From the NCBI GenBank assembly GCA_000320545.1, contig ADNK01000595.1, positions 1-51,460 on the forward strand: 51,460 nt of DNA, written 5' to 3'. The notes beneath the pieces were generated by a model. That model was given only the letters and a program-made list of their open reading frames with translations. It had not been told where the DNA came from and ran no database searches. Below, one piece after another: positions 10,201 through 21,529 of the stretch. The position numbers were made by a program, and so were the translations under genes. Position 1 is the first letter of the stretch. Every line of letters begins with the position of its first letter. Source of the stretch: Bigelowiella natans CCMP2755. Taxonomy: Eukaryota > Protista > Cercozoa.

Positions 10201-10481
10201 CCGCAATGGCGCCCAAGGCGAGAATGCCGGCCTCCTGAATCTGCCACTCCGTCTTTTTATCGAGCGATTTCTGCAGCATGGGGAGGAGAAAGGGTAGCAG
10301 CTCATCCTTGTAGACGGTGGCGAGAGTGTCGAGCGCAGCCGCGGCGCACTTGCGCAGGTTCCAGTCCGACGCGTCTTCGTCGTCGTCGTCCCAGTCGTCC
10401 CCCCCACTGCCGTTGTACGAACTGACTTTGGCAGAGTGGTGCCGCGGCGCGATATCTTGCTCCCGGTCCTGTTGCGAAAAC

Positions 10482-10518
<37 letters not shown>

Positions 10519-12593
10519 TAATGATGACATGGTGGTGATGGCGACGGTGATAGTGGCGGTCGAGGTGAATCATCGCATCCCACGACAACGCACGCAGGAA
10601 AACAGATGCAATACACAGCACACATAGGGAGGTAATGCGACGAACAAACAGCAGAAATGAGAGAGAGCCAAGGGGACACGAAGGCATGCTTATGTTACGG
10701 CAAAAAACATACCGGAACATGGCTGTCGTCCTCGTCCGCCCCCATGCGCCCGATGAGGTCCAACGGGCTGTACACCATCCCTTTGAGCAGAATCGGCACA
10801 AGCACCCGAAGGTAGGAGTTCAGAATGGCGGGATCGAGGTTGTTGTGCACCTGCTGCTCGCACACCGACGTCCAGAACTCGCATGCCTCGAGCGCCACCT
10901 CCTCGTTCTTGTCGCCCGTCGACGTGATCATGAACTCCATTACTTTCTTGAGGTGTGGCAGCAACGCATTCACCTCGTTGTCTAGCAGCAGCACGAACGC
11001 CTGCGGAGAGGGGAGGGGAGGGGGGTAGATTGGTGAATGATCTTGATGGTGGAAACGTTGGCGGAAACGCAGTGGTCAATACTCTCCTAAAACACAAATG
11101 ATGCACATTACCTGGCAAATGCGTTTACGGATCTGCACAGAGGAGTCTTTCGTAAGAACGAAGAGGCCCTTGAGATAGCCGGTCATATTTGCCCTGAGTG
11201 CCTGCGGCATGTTTGGCCCCAAGAACTGGTTTACGGCACCGAGCGCGTATCTACAAAAAGTAATTTTCATATCTATGAGGATACAGCTGCGATGGAGTAT
11301 ATTATGGACCTCCTTTCCGCCCCCATCCCTTTCCTTTCCCTCTCTCTCTAACGCGCGTGTGTGTGTGTGTGTTGTCTTCTTCCGTTCCACCTCATACTAC
11401 CTCCGAATCGGCTCCTTTGGGTGGACAAAGAACTTGATGAATAGCGGAAGCATCGTATTGAGGGGCCTCCCGAGGTCCTGGCTATCGAGGCGCTCTGGCT
11501 CATCCTGTTGGAACAGTTTTTGGTCGTTATGTTTTCGGTTGTTTGGATGGTTTTAACAAAGACACGAGAGATGGATAAAGGCTGCTGATACTACCTCACA
11601 GATCTTGCAGAGCGCGTTAAATGCCCCATCCACGTGTTCGTACTTATTCGATTCGAGCATCTTGAGTAGTTCCTTCAGCACAGGTTGCCAGCCCTTCAGT
11701 TTGTCCTTGGAAGCCGCAGTCGTCACAATCTATAGAAGAACAACAACCAGAAGAGGGAAGTGAGTGGATGGTGGATTTTCATGTCATTGCTGCCGGGGTT
11801 AAGAGGCAGGGGGTAAGAGGAAGGGGGTGTAATATTGCCATTGGTCTCCCGCGATATCCATACATAAGGGAGATGAAAAATAGTTATAAAGAAATAGCTT
11901 ATACACTTTCTCAACCCTTCCTCAAACCCCATACGATTGCGTGTGTGTGAGCGAGTGCTCGATATGCGTGTAATCTTACGTGGCCAATGGTTTTCCGTAT
12001 CTTCTTGCTCTCGTCACCGATCGTCTGCAGCACCTTCAGTTTTATGTAGTTGCGCACTTTGGGGTCCATTCTTTCGTAAGATTCGTCTGAGGTGGTGATG
12101 GTGGTGAGTTTTTCGGGCGCGTGCAGATGCAAACACGCACACGGCATCTGCAAGGCATGTTGGACACATATTCAATGGCTAATTAGTTTTTTTCTCCGCA
12201 CGGATGTTGTTCTTGAGGAGTAGTCCTGCTTGTTGTCGTATCTGTTCCGGCTCTTTTTTCATCGAAGAGATGATGAAAGCGAGGTACTGGTTGAACTCTT
12301 GGTTACCTCGGAGCTGCTGTAGTTTCTGTGAATCGATGATAGAATTTTTTTTAAAAAGATAGGACAATGTCTGGACTCTTGTTTCATTCCGTGAGCGTAC
12401 CTTGTAAACTTTCATCTGCTGTTCGTTGTCTCCCCTGAGAGATGCGTGCAGCATGCCCAGAACCTGCAAGAAAATATTGCGTTGGAACTTAATTATGATG
12501 CTCTTGCAAGTTTATCGTCATTCTTGCGAGCAAGAGATCGCAGCATGTTGTTTCTTTTACCTCTTTAAGCTGCTTCTCATTTTGCCACGACAT
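7123..12593 (-). CDS. TNPO1: Transportin-1 / importin beta-2 (karyopherin-beta2), multi-exon
   Basis: Exons translate to [19 protein letters not shown]...[24 protein letters not shown], acidic loop [99 protein letters not shown] and [11 protein letters not shown]. The inferred last exon is [22 protein letters not shown]. Introns are GT-AG. Confidence 0.95.
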
Positions 12594-14161
12594 GATGGGA
12601 CCCAATTCTCTCACCGGGTGCACGGCAGGAGTATCGAAGGCGATCGGCAGAGATTGGCGGCTGGCTTATTTCGCTCGTATCTATAAGAAATTTGTCGAAC
12701 CAAGGCCAAGTCAGATGCATATGCACGCACGCGCACAAACGTTTAGTCTTATTTCAAATTGTCGGGAATAGAATTTCATACGAGGCCTCTCTGTAGCCGA
12801 TTGGAGGGGCAAATGGAAGAATGATCCAGCAGGCGGAGGACAGTTCTGGCAAGGCAGAGTTTGAAGAAGCTGATTTCGCCGACAGGAAGCAATGTAATTC
12901 TATTATGCGACAACTTCATTGTCATGACGCTTCCTTATTTCTGAACACTCTTTTTCATTTCGTCTTGACATAGACATTAAGCAGGCCGGGAATGCTTTGG
13001 CATAGAAGCAAGCACCTTAAATACGCATACCATTTTAGAATAAAGAACTCAATTTCTTTGTCGTATCTCATTTAAACACGGTGGAAGTTTCTTAGTAGAA
13101 AATGAAAGTAACTCTGAAACACACTCAATCTAAAAGCTTTCCTCCGAAAACCGACATTTTAGGAAATTTGATAGTGCCATAAGGAGATAGAACGACAATA
13201 TTTATTTTATATCTCATATTAAAATGCCTCTACTATATGAATGTTATAAAAATACAATTTACTATATAACTGAATCGATAATTGTGTTGAGTATGTAGAG
13301 GCAATATTCATATTACCACGCTCAAAAGGAAATAATCATTCATAAAATAGACAATGTTACTCTAATTTCAAATCTCCGAATTTCATTATTTGGATCTGAA
13401 CATACTCTCCAACGTGGCTAGAGCGGCTAGAGGCAGACTTGACGTTCATAAACTTTCTCATTAATTTTTCCAAACCGAAATATTTGCTCGGAATTAAGAT
13501 CTTAAAAGCATCCAATAATCACTGGTTCATATTTTTCATGTTATTCTTGTATTGCGACAATAAAAATTAACTAATTTTGCAGAAATTAGCAACCCAAAAA
13601 AAAATTCTCGATGATACCATTTCGCTGCAGGGCAACGAGAAAGGCTGGTTGAAATAAGAGATAATTTTTACGAATGCGCTACTTCAAATTTTGCTTTTTG
13701 GAAGATAAATATATTAAAATCAATTCTATGTATTGTCGCATTTCATAAAATAAATGTATCTCGACAGAAATGTGGCAATACTTTAGACTGAAAAGGGCTA
13801 TCATTTCGTGGGAGGAAGAGAGTAAGTATGGGAAAACATACCGCCCCCCATGGCTGGCGTCAGTTAAAACATGCTGCTTTTATTTTACCCAATTCTATTT
13901 TCAAGAATATAAAATAAATTATTTTTCAATTTGTCTGTTTGGGACACATGGTAGTTTCTCCCCAGGATTCGTAGGTTAGTGGTAGCTTTCACGAATTCAG
14001 AATGTCACCATTCAGCATAATCTCGTCTGTGTACAGAATGCACACCTCAGAGATAACCTGAATAACCATTGAAATATACAGGCTTGCCTCCTAACGATGG
14101 CCACTTCTTCTTGAGAGAAGAGTAGCGTTAGGGGTATAGGAGGTAAGCAACGGTTTACCGT

Positions 14162-16103
14162 ATGCACCAACACTACGTCCAGGAAAACTCAGCTGCAACA
14201 ACGAAAGGATATTTTTTCGGAGGGCGGAGAAAGGAGAACCAACATCAATTAGGAACATCTGAATTGCGAGGGGAAGAAACTACCACCACAACCTGTAGCG
14301 GCGCGTTCGGATCATCTTTAGGATCAACTCCTGGCAGCACGAATCCCTTCATTTCGAGCCACCATCCAGTAGAGCAAAGGTTTGCTCATCAACACATCGA
14401 TACAGAAGAGACCTATCTCAAGGCTCATACTAGATCCAGCGATTATCCACACTACAACGCGGGAAGGGTGATGAGAAATAACTACTACACACTGCAGGTC
14501 GTAAATAACACCTACTCTCTTTCTATTGGAGAATTCGCATGACTACTTCTAATTTCTGATTGAATTAATTGTAGGATCAGGAGTGGTCAGGCGTTAACAC
14601 CTTCTGTTGCGGGGGCTTCATTATTCTAGGGTCTAACCCCTTCTGGTTTCTAATTACAAATGTCCTCACGATCGGCCCGTTCGTTCTCTTCGTTCTCACA
14701 ACGTAAGCCGTATTTTTTTGAGAGGAGGAATGATTGCGTTTGGGATAAGGGAGATATATGGAACGATCCAAGCTTGCATGATTTCACTATATCTCGAACA
14801 TGTAAACATTTTCTCCCGTGATTACTCCGAAACACAGATACAAAGAAATAAGCATTTGGCATACGATCTTCACCTCGGTAATTTACGGGTTCGCCCAGTA
14901 TGGGCTGCTTCGAGCCGGTATGATGGATCCGGGAATCATTCCTAGAAATACTACTGGGCGCGTTCCGGTCATCCCGATCGACGACTTCGACGTGGACGGA
15001 GCTCCGCTTACATTCTGCGGTTCGAATCCCCGTTCCATTTTTTTTTTTTTTGAGAATCGACCGTCGTATCCCTCTTGGAGATCGCTGAAGGGGATTTGCG
15101 TGGTGATTACGTATATTCAGAAACGTGTAAGATATTTCGTCCACGGAGGGCCAAGCACTGCAGATACTGTGACAATTGTGTGGAGCGATTTGATCACCAC
15201 TGCCCGTGGGTAGGAACTTGCATAGGGGCCAGGTCAGTGGAGCATTCACGGATTCCCTTTCATCCCCAAAGATTTCTCGTTTTTAGTAGAGTGGGTGACT
15301 TGTATGACTGCTAGGGTGAATGTTACGACTATCATTTCCGAACACGTTCTTATTCTTGTTTGTTTCTCGATCTCCCTCCCTCCCCTCCCTCCTGCAGAAA
15401 CTACAAATATTTCATACTTTTCCTATTCGCCATCACCGCACTGTCCGTCTATCTACTTGGCCTGTGCATCTACCTTATCGTGGTCACCCATAACGAAGGC
15501 AACGATCTCATGCAAACTTTCCAGAAAAGGTCTTACTCAATCGATTTTCATGCAAAATACACCTGTATACTACATTCGCACATCCATGTTTTATTCACAT
15601 TTGATTATCTCCGTATTTCAGGCAAATCTGCGTCGCTATAGCCGCTTACACATTCTTGGTGTTCCTGGCCGTTGCAAATCTTGCATTCTACCACCTTCAG
15701 CTCATCATATATAACCAAACTACGAACGAACAGGTAGATAAATATGTATAAGTGTATATGTCGTATCTCTTCTTAAGCCTTGTCATTCCCTGATGCATTG
15801 TGTCCACTTGCTTACTGTGTATGGCAGATGAAAGATACTTGGATCACTCGCCAGAACCCGTACGACAAAGGGTGCATGAACAACTGCTGCTCAATCTTGT
15901 GTGCAAAGACTCCCGAGAGCCACTTGACGAATAGAACCATATATACGGACGATGATGTTGAAAGCAGCGACGGCGGTCATAGTGGACCCCAAACTCAGAC
16001 TAGCCTGGCTCCTCAACCTCGATGTTGCGGCAGCGATCTCACCACATTTCCTTCTGATCCACTTCCAAACATGGTTGCCTACCAGGCTGTGAGTGATCAT
16101 TAG
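14162..16103 (+). CDS. DHHC-type protein S-acyltransferase (ERF2/ZDHHC9-like), multi-exon
   Basis: DPGIIPRN, then [48 protein letters not shown], then NQTTNEQ/MK...[11 protein letters not shown], with hydrophobic transmembrane exons. The start codon is uncertain. Confidence 0.93.
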
Positions 16104-16850
16104 ACATTTGGGGCTAGTCCTAGCCGCCCGCGGTGGCGATTGTTACACAAAGCGTGAAGCTGAAAAAATGGATGCAGGCGGCAGTTTCTACACGTGATTG
16201 GATCACATCTGTTATATCCTAGTGCCGTACACTTAATAGTTTGCGAATTTTATCTTTATTATATTATTCTCCGAAAATATTCGAAGCATTTATTGGATTT
16301 GAATGCGCGTGCCAAGGCTTCGTTCATCGCAGTTCGCTAGCTCGTGGCGGGTGTGTTCGTTCACAATGCCAGATTTGCAACAATTAACCATTCTAGCATT
16401 GTGCATGCTGCTTTTGCAACGCAAGTAGCAAAATGTTATGTCGCGGTGTGCTTATGCAATATAACGGACAAGCTTTAGCTAGTTAGAGCAACATGTACGC
16501 ATTTAATTTGCTTCTACTGAAGCTGTGGCTTACGCTCTGCTGTATACGTACTTGTGTCCATGCAATCTAGGATGTGCACTGTTAGCCTAAAATATGGCGG
16601 ATTGTCATTTTTTACAAATTATATTTGTCGTCCATGCTAGCATGAGCCTATGCTATATAATAGGCTCGTCATTTTCACCAGCCAGACTTAACGCGTACTT
16701 TGACCAAGCCGGTGTTTTGAAAATAGCTCCTCTTGATACAATTTGAGCATTAGCAAGGTATGAAAAAGGTACTTGATACTCAAGAGAATCTATAAATCAA
16801 AATGATCGAGGCCGAAGTCTGAATGGTCTTCATTACTGCCATCCCTACAG

Positions 16851-17876
16851 CTAGTGATGCTTTCTATGAGACAATTGTATAATTGCTGCCTCGTTGCATG
16901 TAATTCGAATTTCCTGTACCATGTCGACTATTGAAGATTTCAACACTGGAACAATATACTGTGGACGGCACATCGATTCAGACAGCTGCAAAGGATCAGG
17001 AATTTCAGTACAAATATTTCCAAAGTTGTTCATCACCACGTATACATGCTGAAGTCGCCTTTGGACTTTTTTTAAAACTTCATTCTGTGAGTTCACATTA
17101 ACAGTATAGTCAAGCAAAGCTGCAGAGAACTGAAGCTGTTTCATAGCGAAAACGCTTGCGGAAAACTTATCCGAGATGGTCGCAACATTTCTTCCACAAA
17201 GAGGAAATTTCTCTCTAAATGAAAGCCTTTTCATGTCGTTTTCATTTGTTTTTTGAAGGAAAAGTTTATCAGAGGAACCTTCTTCATCCGGAAGCTCTAA
17301 GGTTGGGAAGATGGCAATATGTCCTTCCCACGGTTCTGCTTCAACCAAAATTCTACCATCGGAGGTAAAGGTTTGTTGGGATACAATGCGATCTAGAGCC
17401 ATTCGCCTGATTCTTACGCGGCCTGCTAATTCCTTTGCCAATTCTCCGACCTGCTTATTCGTCGCAGCATAGACTATTGGAGGATTGGCTGATTTTGGAA
17501 GTTGCTTCAGAAGAGGGGCTAAATCAGGCAAATGGGCCTCTGAGCAAGAAATAGACGACGCACGCTTCATTACGTTTAATAGAGCGTTGTCATCGCAGTT
17601 TGTCGCTAGGAAAATTGAGCTTGTTGCGGGAAACGAATCTGCCTCACGCTGAATCACGAGTGGCTCTCCCACTTTCACGAGGTTCACAGAAACTTGGATT
17701 TCTTTTGTGTCCTCCGTAATCTTCTCAAATCCCTTTTCGTTACCTTGCACGATCACAAACAACGAATCTGATTTGCACAGGGCCGGATATAAGATCCCAA
17801 CCGACTGTTTATCTGCACCATAATGGAGATGGAATCCAGATTGCACGTTGGAACATGTAGACGTGAAAGACTGCAT
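16851..17876 (-). CDS. Divergent mannitol-1-phosphate dehydrogenase-like protein (long-chain polyol dehydrogenase fold), intronless
   Basis: LHYGADKQSVGILYPAL...FVIVQ resembles the HFGAGxLGxGLxxPA N-terminus. IVYAATN, MALDRIV and VEAEPWEGHIAIF resemble the YACEN, MVDRIC and EPWxG motifs of algal M1PDH. Recognised from motifs only. Confidence 0.6.
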   Translation of the reverse strand: MQSFTSTCSNVQSGFHLHYGADKQSVGILYPALCKSDSLFVIVQGNEKGFEKITEDTKEIQVSVNLVKVGEPLVIQREADSFPATSSIFLATNCDDNALLNVMKRASSISCSEAHLPDLAPLLKQLPKSANPPIVYAATNKQVGELAKELAGRVRIRRMALDRIVSQQTFTSDGRILVEAEPWEGHIAIFPTLELPDEEGSSDKLFLQKTNENDMKRLSFREKFPLCGRNVATISDKFSASVFAMKQLQFSAALLDYTVNVNSQNEVLKKVQRRLQHVYVVMNNFGNICTEIPDPLQLSESMCRPQYIVPVLKSSIVDMVQEIRITCNEAAIIQLSHRKHH

Positions 17877-18689
17877 GTGAAAGTTGCTTCTGGTCTCAAT
17901 GCGCTACGTGTTCGAGGGGTTCGATCCGAGTTGACAAAGTGGAGCGGAGTGTGAAGATCCGCCGACCTGATCAGCTCCGCAGGCAGCAACGTCTTCTGGC
18001 CTGGCCAAACAACGTGCACATCATCACGATCAGCAGCCTTCGGAATGTGTCACGCCACGTATCAGGACAAAAGATCAGCCCTGTGGGATAACCCGAACGA
18101 CAGGCATTTCCATATCGCGACAACATCGAACGCGCACTGTGAGAGTCGATTACTAGCTTGCACAGGAGTACTCGCAGAAACGGTGCAGCTTGTAGCTTGT
18201 ACATGCGCTGAACATCCTAAACGCATGCCATCACCACCTTGCGACCTTCTCAAACATCGCGTAATTGCCGTTCTCGAGCGCGAAAACTCTTCCTTCCCAG
18301 CAGTTTCCAGGAAAAGTGAATTGTAACTTCTTATTTCTAACTTTATGTGCGTCTGGGGACATGTCGCTGTAATGAAACCAATGCCGTTCCCTCTGAACTG
18401 GCATGTACCGGCTTCGGGAAGGCCTCAAAACTCAAAAAGATTTGGCTCGAGATACAAGCTCGCACAGTATTGTTTCATTCTCTTCACCTTTTACAAATGC
18501 TCAACGGTAAGATTGTAGCTCTCTGCTGTCTACTCCCCACTCTCTCCACAAGCAGCCGGTGTCATACGCGAAACACCATTTTTCGCTCGCGCCAGGGAAA
18601 CTTTCTAGCACTTACCCAGCATGAACCCAAGTGCGATATGACGCAATTTCCGTCTGCTCTGAATGGTGAGAGATCCTTATAGAACCAAA

Positions 18690-20814
18690 ATCTACTCGCT
18701 ACTATGATCGTCTTTTCTGAAAAGGGTTCCGCCTCGAATACCGTCCGCTCCCTCAGCAGCCCGTGATCTCCTACAAGCATACTTGCCGCGAGGCCTTGGA
18801 GTATCGCCCACAGGATTCTGTTGTGAGCACTCGGGAGACAAGCCTAACGCCGAAGGGAAATAACGAGTATCAGTATCTTGACAGGCATCAAGTAAGCTGT
18901 TCCATTGGCTCCATAAAATCCTTCAAGCTCGAACGTGTTGGAGATAGTATTCGCTACAACTACAAGTGTATGCGGATCCCAATTCGGGCAGTACTGCGTG
19001 AGTCGATCGACCCGTGCAGCTTTCTTTGGTACCTCTAATGGCCAAGGCCTAGATTTCTTGCAACATCGCTACCCCGATGTGCAGTGTGGTACAAACAATT
19101 GACCCCAAAGCTAACAACAAGAATGCTCTGTTCTTAAGCTTCGGCCACGCTTTTTAGGTTGCAACGCTTGGTTATCGGCTTTCAGACTCATTAGGCCGGA
19201 CCCGAATTTCATCGCCTATGACTACACGTGCTGCACCTTATTCCCCTTAAATGAAGTGCATGGATCCACCCAAGCAACGCAAAGGCACGTTCTCCAAAAT
19301 GATCTCACTCGCTCTCAGACCCTAACTCCCTTCTCCTCCCCCCTCCCCCGGCAGAGCTCAAATTACGCAGAATCGCTGGTTCGTCACCATCTGCAATGCC
19401 CGGTCGGGATGGCCTTCAGGTCAATCCAGCTGCGGGACAGCAGCCGCAGCACCATCAAGTATGACTTCTCCTGCTCTGGAGTGACCTTCGCCAACACAAG
19501 CCAGGCCTCCACTCGGATAAACTCATGGACACGTCAAGGAGGTAACGAACTGGTGTACCTTGATCGGCAGGCGGCGGGGTGTGGAAGTGGTTCTTTGATG
19601 GCTTCTCTCCAGCTGCAGAAGCAAGGCTCTTCCATTCGATACCGGATGGGCTGCGAGCGCGAACCTGACCGCCGATCATCGTTCTGGTGTGCCGACACGA
19701 CGACATGGCTAGATGGGCTCAGGACTGGAGAGGCGGGCGAGATGTCATCGCGTTTGCCCCGCACAGGATCGAATGCCCGAACACCCCCGACACCAACACC
19801 CCTAGCTTCCTTGGACGGATGCAGCTCTACCGGCCAACGCACGATACGCTGGCATGTGCTTTTCAATGCTGTCGGCAGGGCAGCGGGTGCTTGGAGGCTG
19901 CGACGCGGGACACTGAAAAGAGTGGCTCCCATGTGTACCTTGACAGACAGGCCCCTCGCTGCCCGTTCACTCACCCCATGACGAGCTTCAGGCTCAACGA
20001 CGGGGGGCACAGCAGGACTATCAACCACGAGCACTCCTGCTGCAAAGCCGGGGACATCATGGGCTCCAGGCTCAAGTTTGCCGGCAGTGCGCGCTAGAGT
20101 GAGCCAATGATCTCAGTGGCTGTCTGTCCAACAGCAGCAGTGCGAAGGAATGATGATTGGACCTTCACTCTTGCTTGCTTCCTCTCCCCACAGGCAGCAG
20201 CAACAACCACTGCGCGGTCCTGAAGAACCTGGAGGTTGATTGCCGTCCAGATCGAGGTCGGGCCTTGTGCACTCAGAAGAAGCCCCGTGAGTCGTGCACA
20301 CGTTTGCACAGACAAGCATGCATCGTGTGTGTGCGTGCACGTGCATGCAAACGTGAACACGATTTGAACGTCCAGGCCACATCTTCGACTTCAAGCACGA
20401 TCGTCAATTCTTGTCGAGCGGGGTGTTCGGTCGCCACCGCTGCAAGTGCGCTCGGCAGTCACCCTCCAATCCACCCACAGCTGCGTCACAAAGACAACCA
20501 CCAAGTTGGACAGCGGTGGAGTGGACAAGCATCTCAACCTGGCAAGGCACCGATCTTCGTGTTCGGCTGCAGAAGGACACCTGAGAAGGTGCCGCGTGTT
20601 TGCTGTCATCCACAGCGCACCAAAACGTGATCACCTTCACATCGTTGCTGTGCTGAGCAGCTCCGGAATGTCTCGTGCACTTCACGTCATTCTCACATCT
20701 GCCCTGTGTTTTCACACGTGCAGCTTCTAGAGCTTCCAACTCAAATCCACTGTGGCTGTGCATCCAGCAAGGCCAAAGATTTGGCACGAATGCACCTGCT
20801 GCAAAAGTTCCTAG
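18690..20814 (+). pseudogene. Decayed multi-exon gene for a Cys-rich tandem-repeat protein (repeat YLDR(H/Q)xxxC...FxL...IxYxYxC(C))
   Basis: About nine repeat units, e.g. YQYLDRHQVSCSIGSIKSFKLERVGDSIRYNYKC, LVYLDRQAAGC...IRYRMGC and HVYLDRQAPRC...INHEHSCC. It has in-frame stops, frameshifts (near 18717 and 19705) and introns (e.g. 20287-20375). It ends at TAG 20812-20814. Further exon-like pieces may extend upstream to ~17980. Confidence 0.7.
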
Positions 20815-21529
20815 TCACCAGTCACTCACGCGCACTGACGTGCTTGCTTTTTTTTTGCGCATCACGGGCAATCTGAAGAGTCTTCTCTTTTGATCAACGT
20901 CACTTGAGTGTGGAAAACTAGCCATGGCAAACAATTGTGCAAGAAAAGCTTTCGTGAAAAACACGAAAACCATGGACACGTGAATGTGTGCTGTGGACAC
21001 GTGCACAAGTGCAGCAAGTGCAGCGCAGCTGGGGCTGCCAGATGCGCACAAGTGAATCAGTCCAGCATTGCGTGTCATGCATGGCAGATCGCTTCGCTGC
21101 ATATCGCTGTGCATGCACTCATTTGACCTGCACACACGCACAGCTCATGTGTCCGTGTGCACATGTGAACAGCCACTCAGCACAGATGACACAGCTACGT
21201 GACTAAACGAGGGTGCCTGTGGAATGCGCGATGTCACACAGCTGGCAGAGCAGCTGCCAGCCATATTGAGCTTGAAAGCAGGAGAGATGGCTACCTCTAG
21301 ATGTAGGCCATGTGAATGCATCTTGCACGTGCGTGTTTCTCTATGAACAAAGTCGCAGTACGCAATTTTTGTGCTTTTCCTTCCGGGAACACAAGGGGGT
21401 CAAGCTAATGCTTCACAAAACAGAGGTTGCAGCTGTGCATGTTGTGCATTGACCAATTTAAACATCTAGGCTCACCAAGGATGCTGCAACAACTTGCTGG
21501 GCGGTGTGTCCCAACAGTCAACCGCTTCC

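Noticed and set aside
20094-21206. Cluster of His/Cys-rich ORFs that could be read as metal-binding proteins
   Set aside because: The His/Cys richness and open frames follow from excess CA/TG and missing TA. There is no coherent domain apart from the repeat-gene exons.
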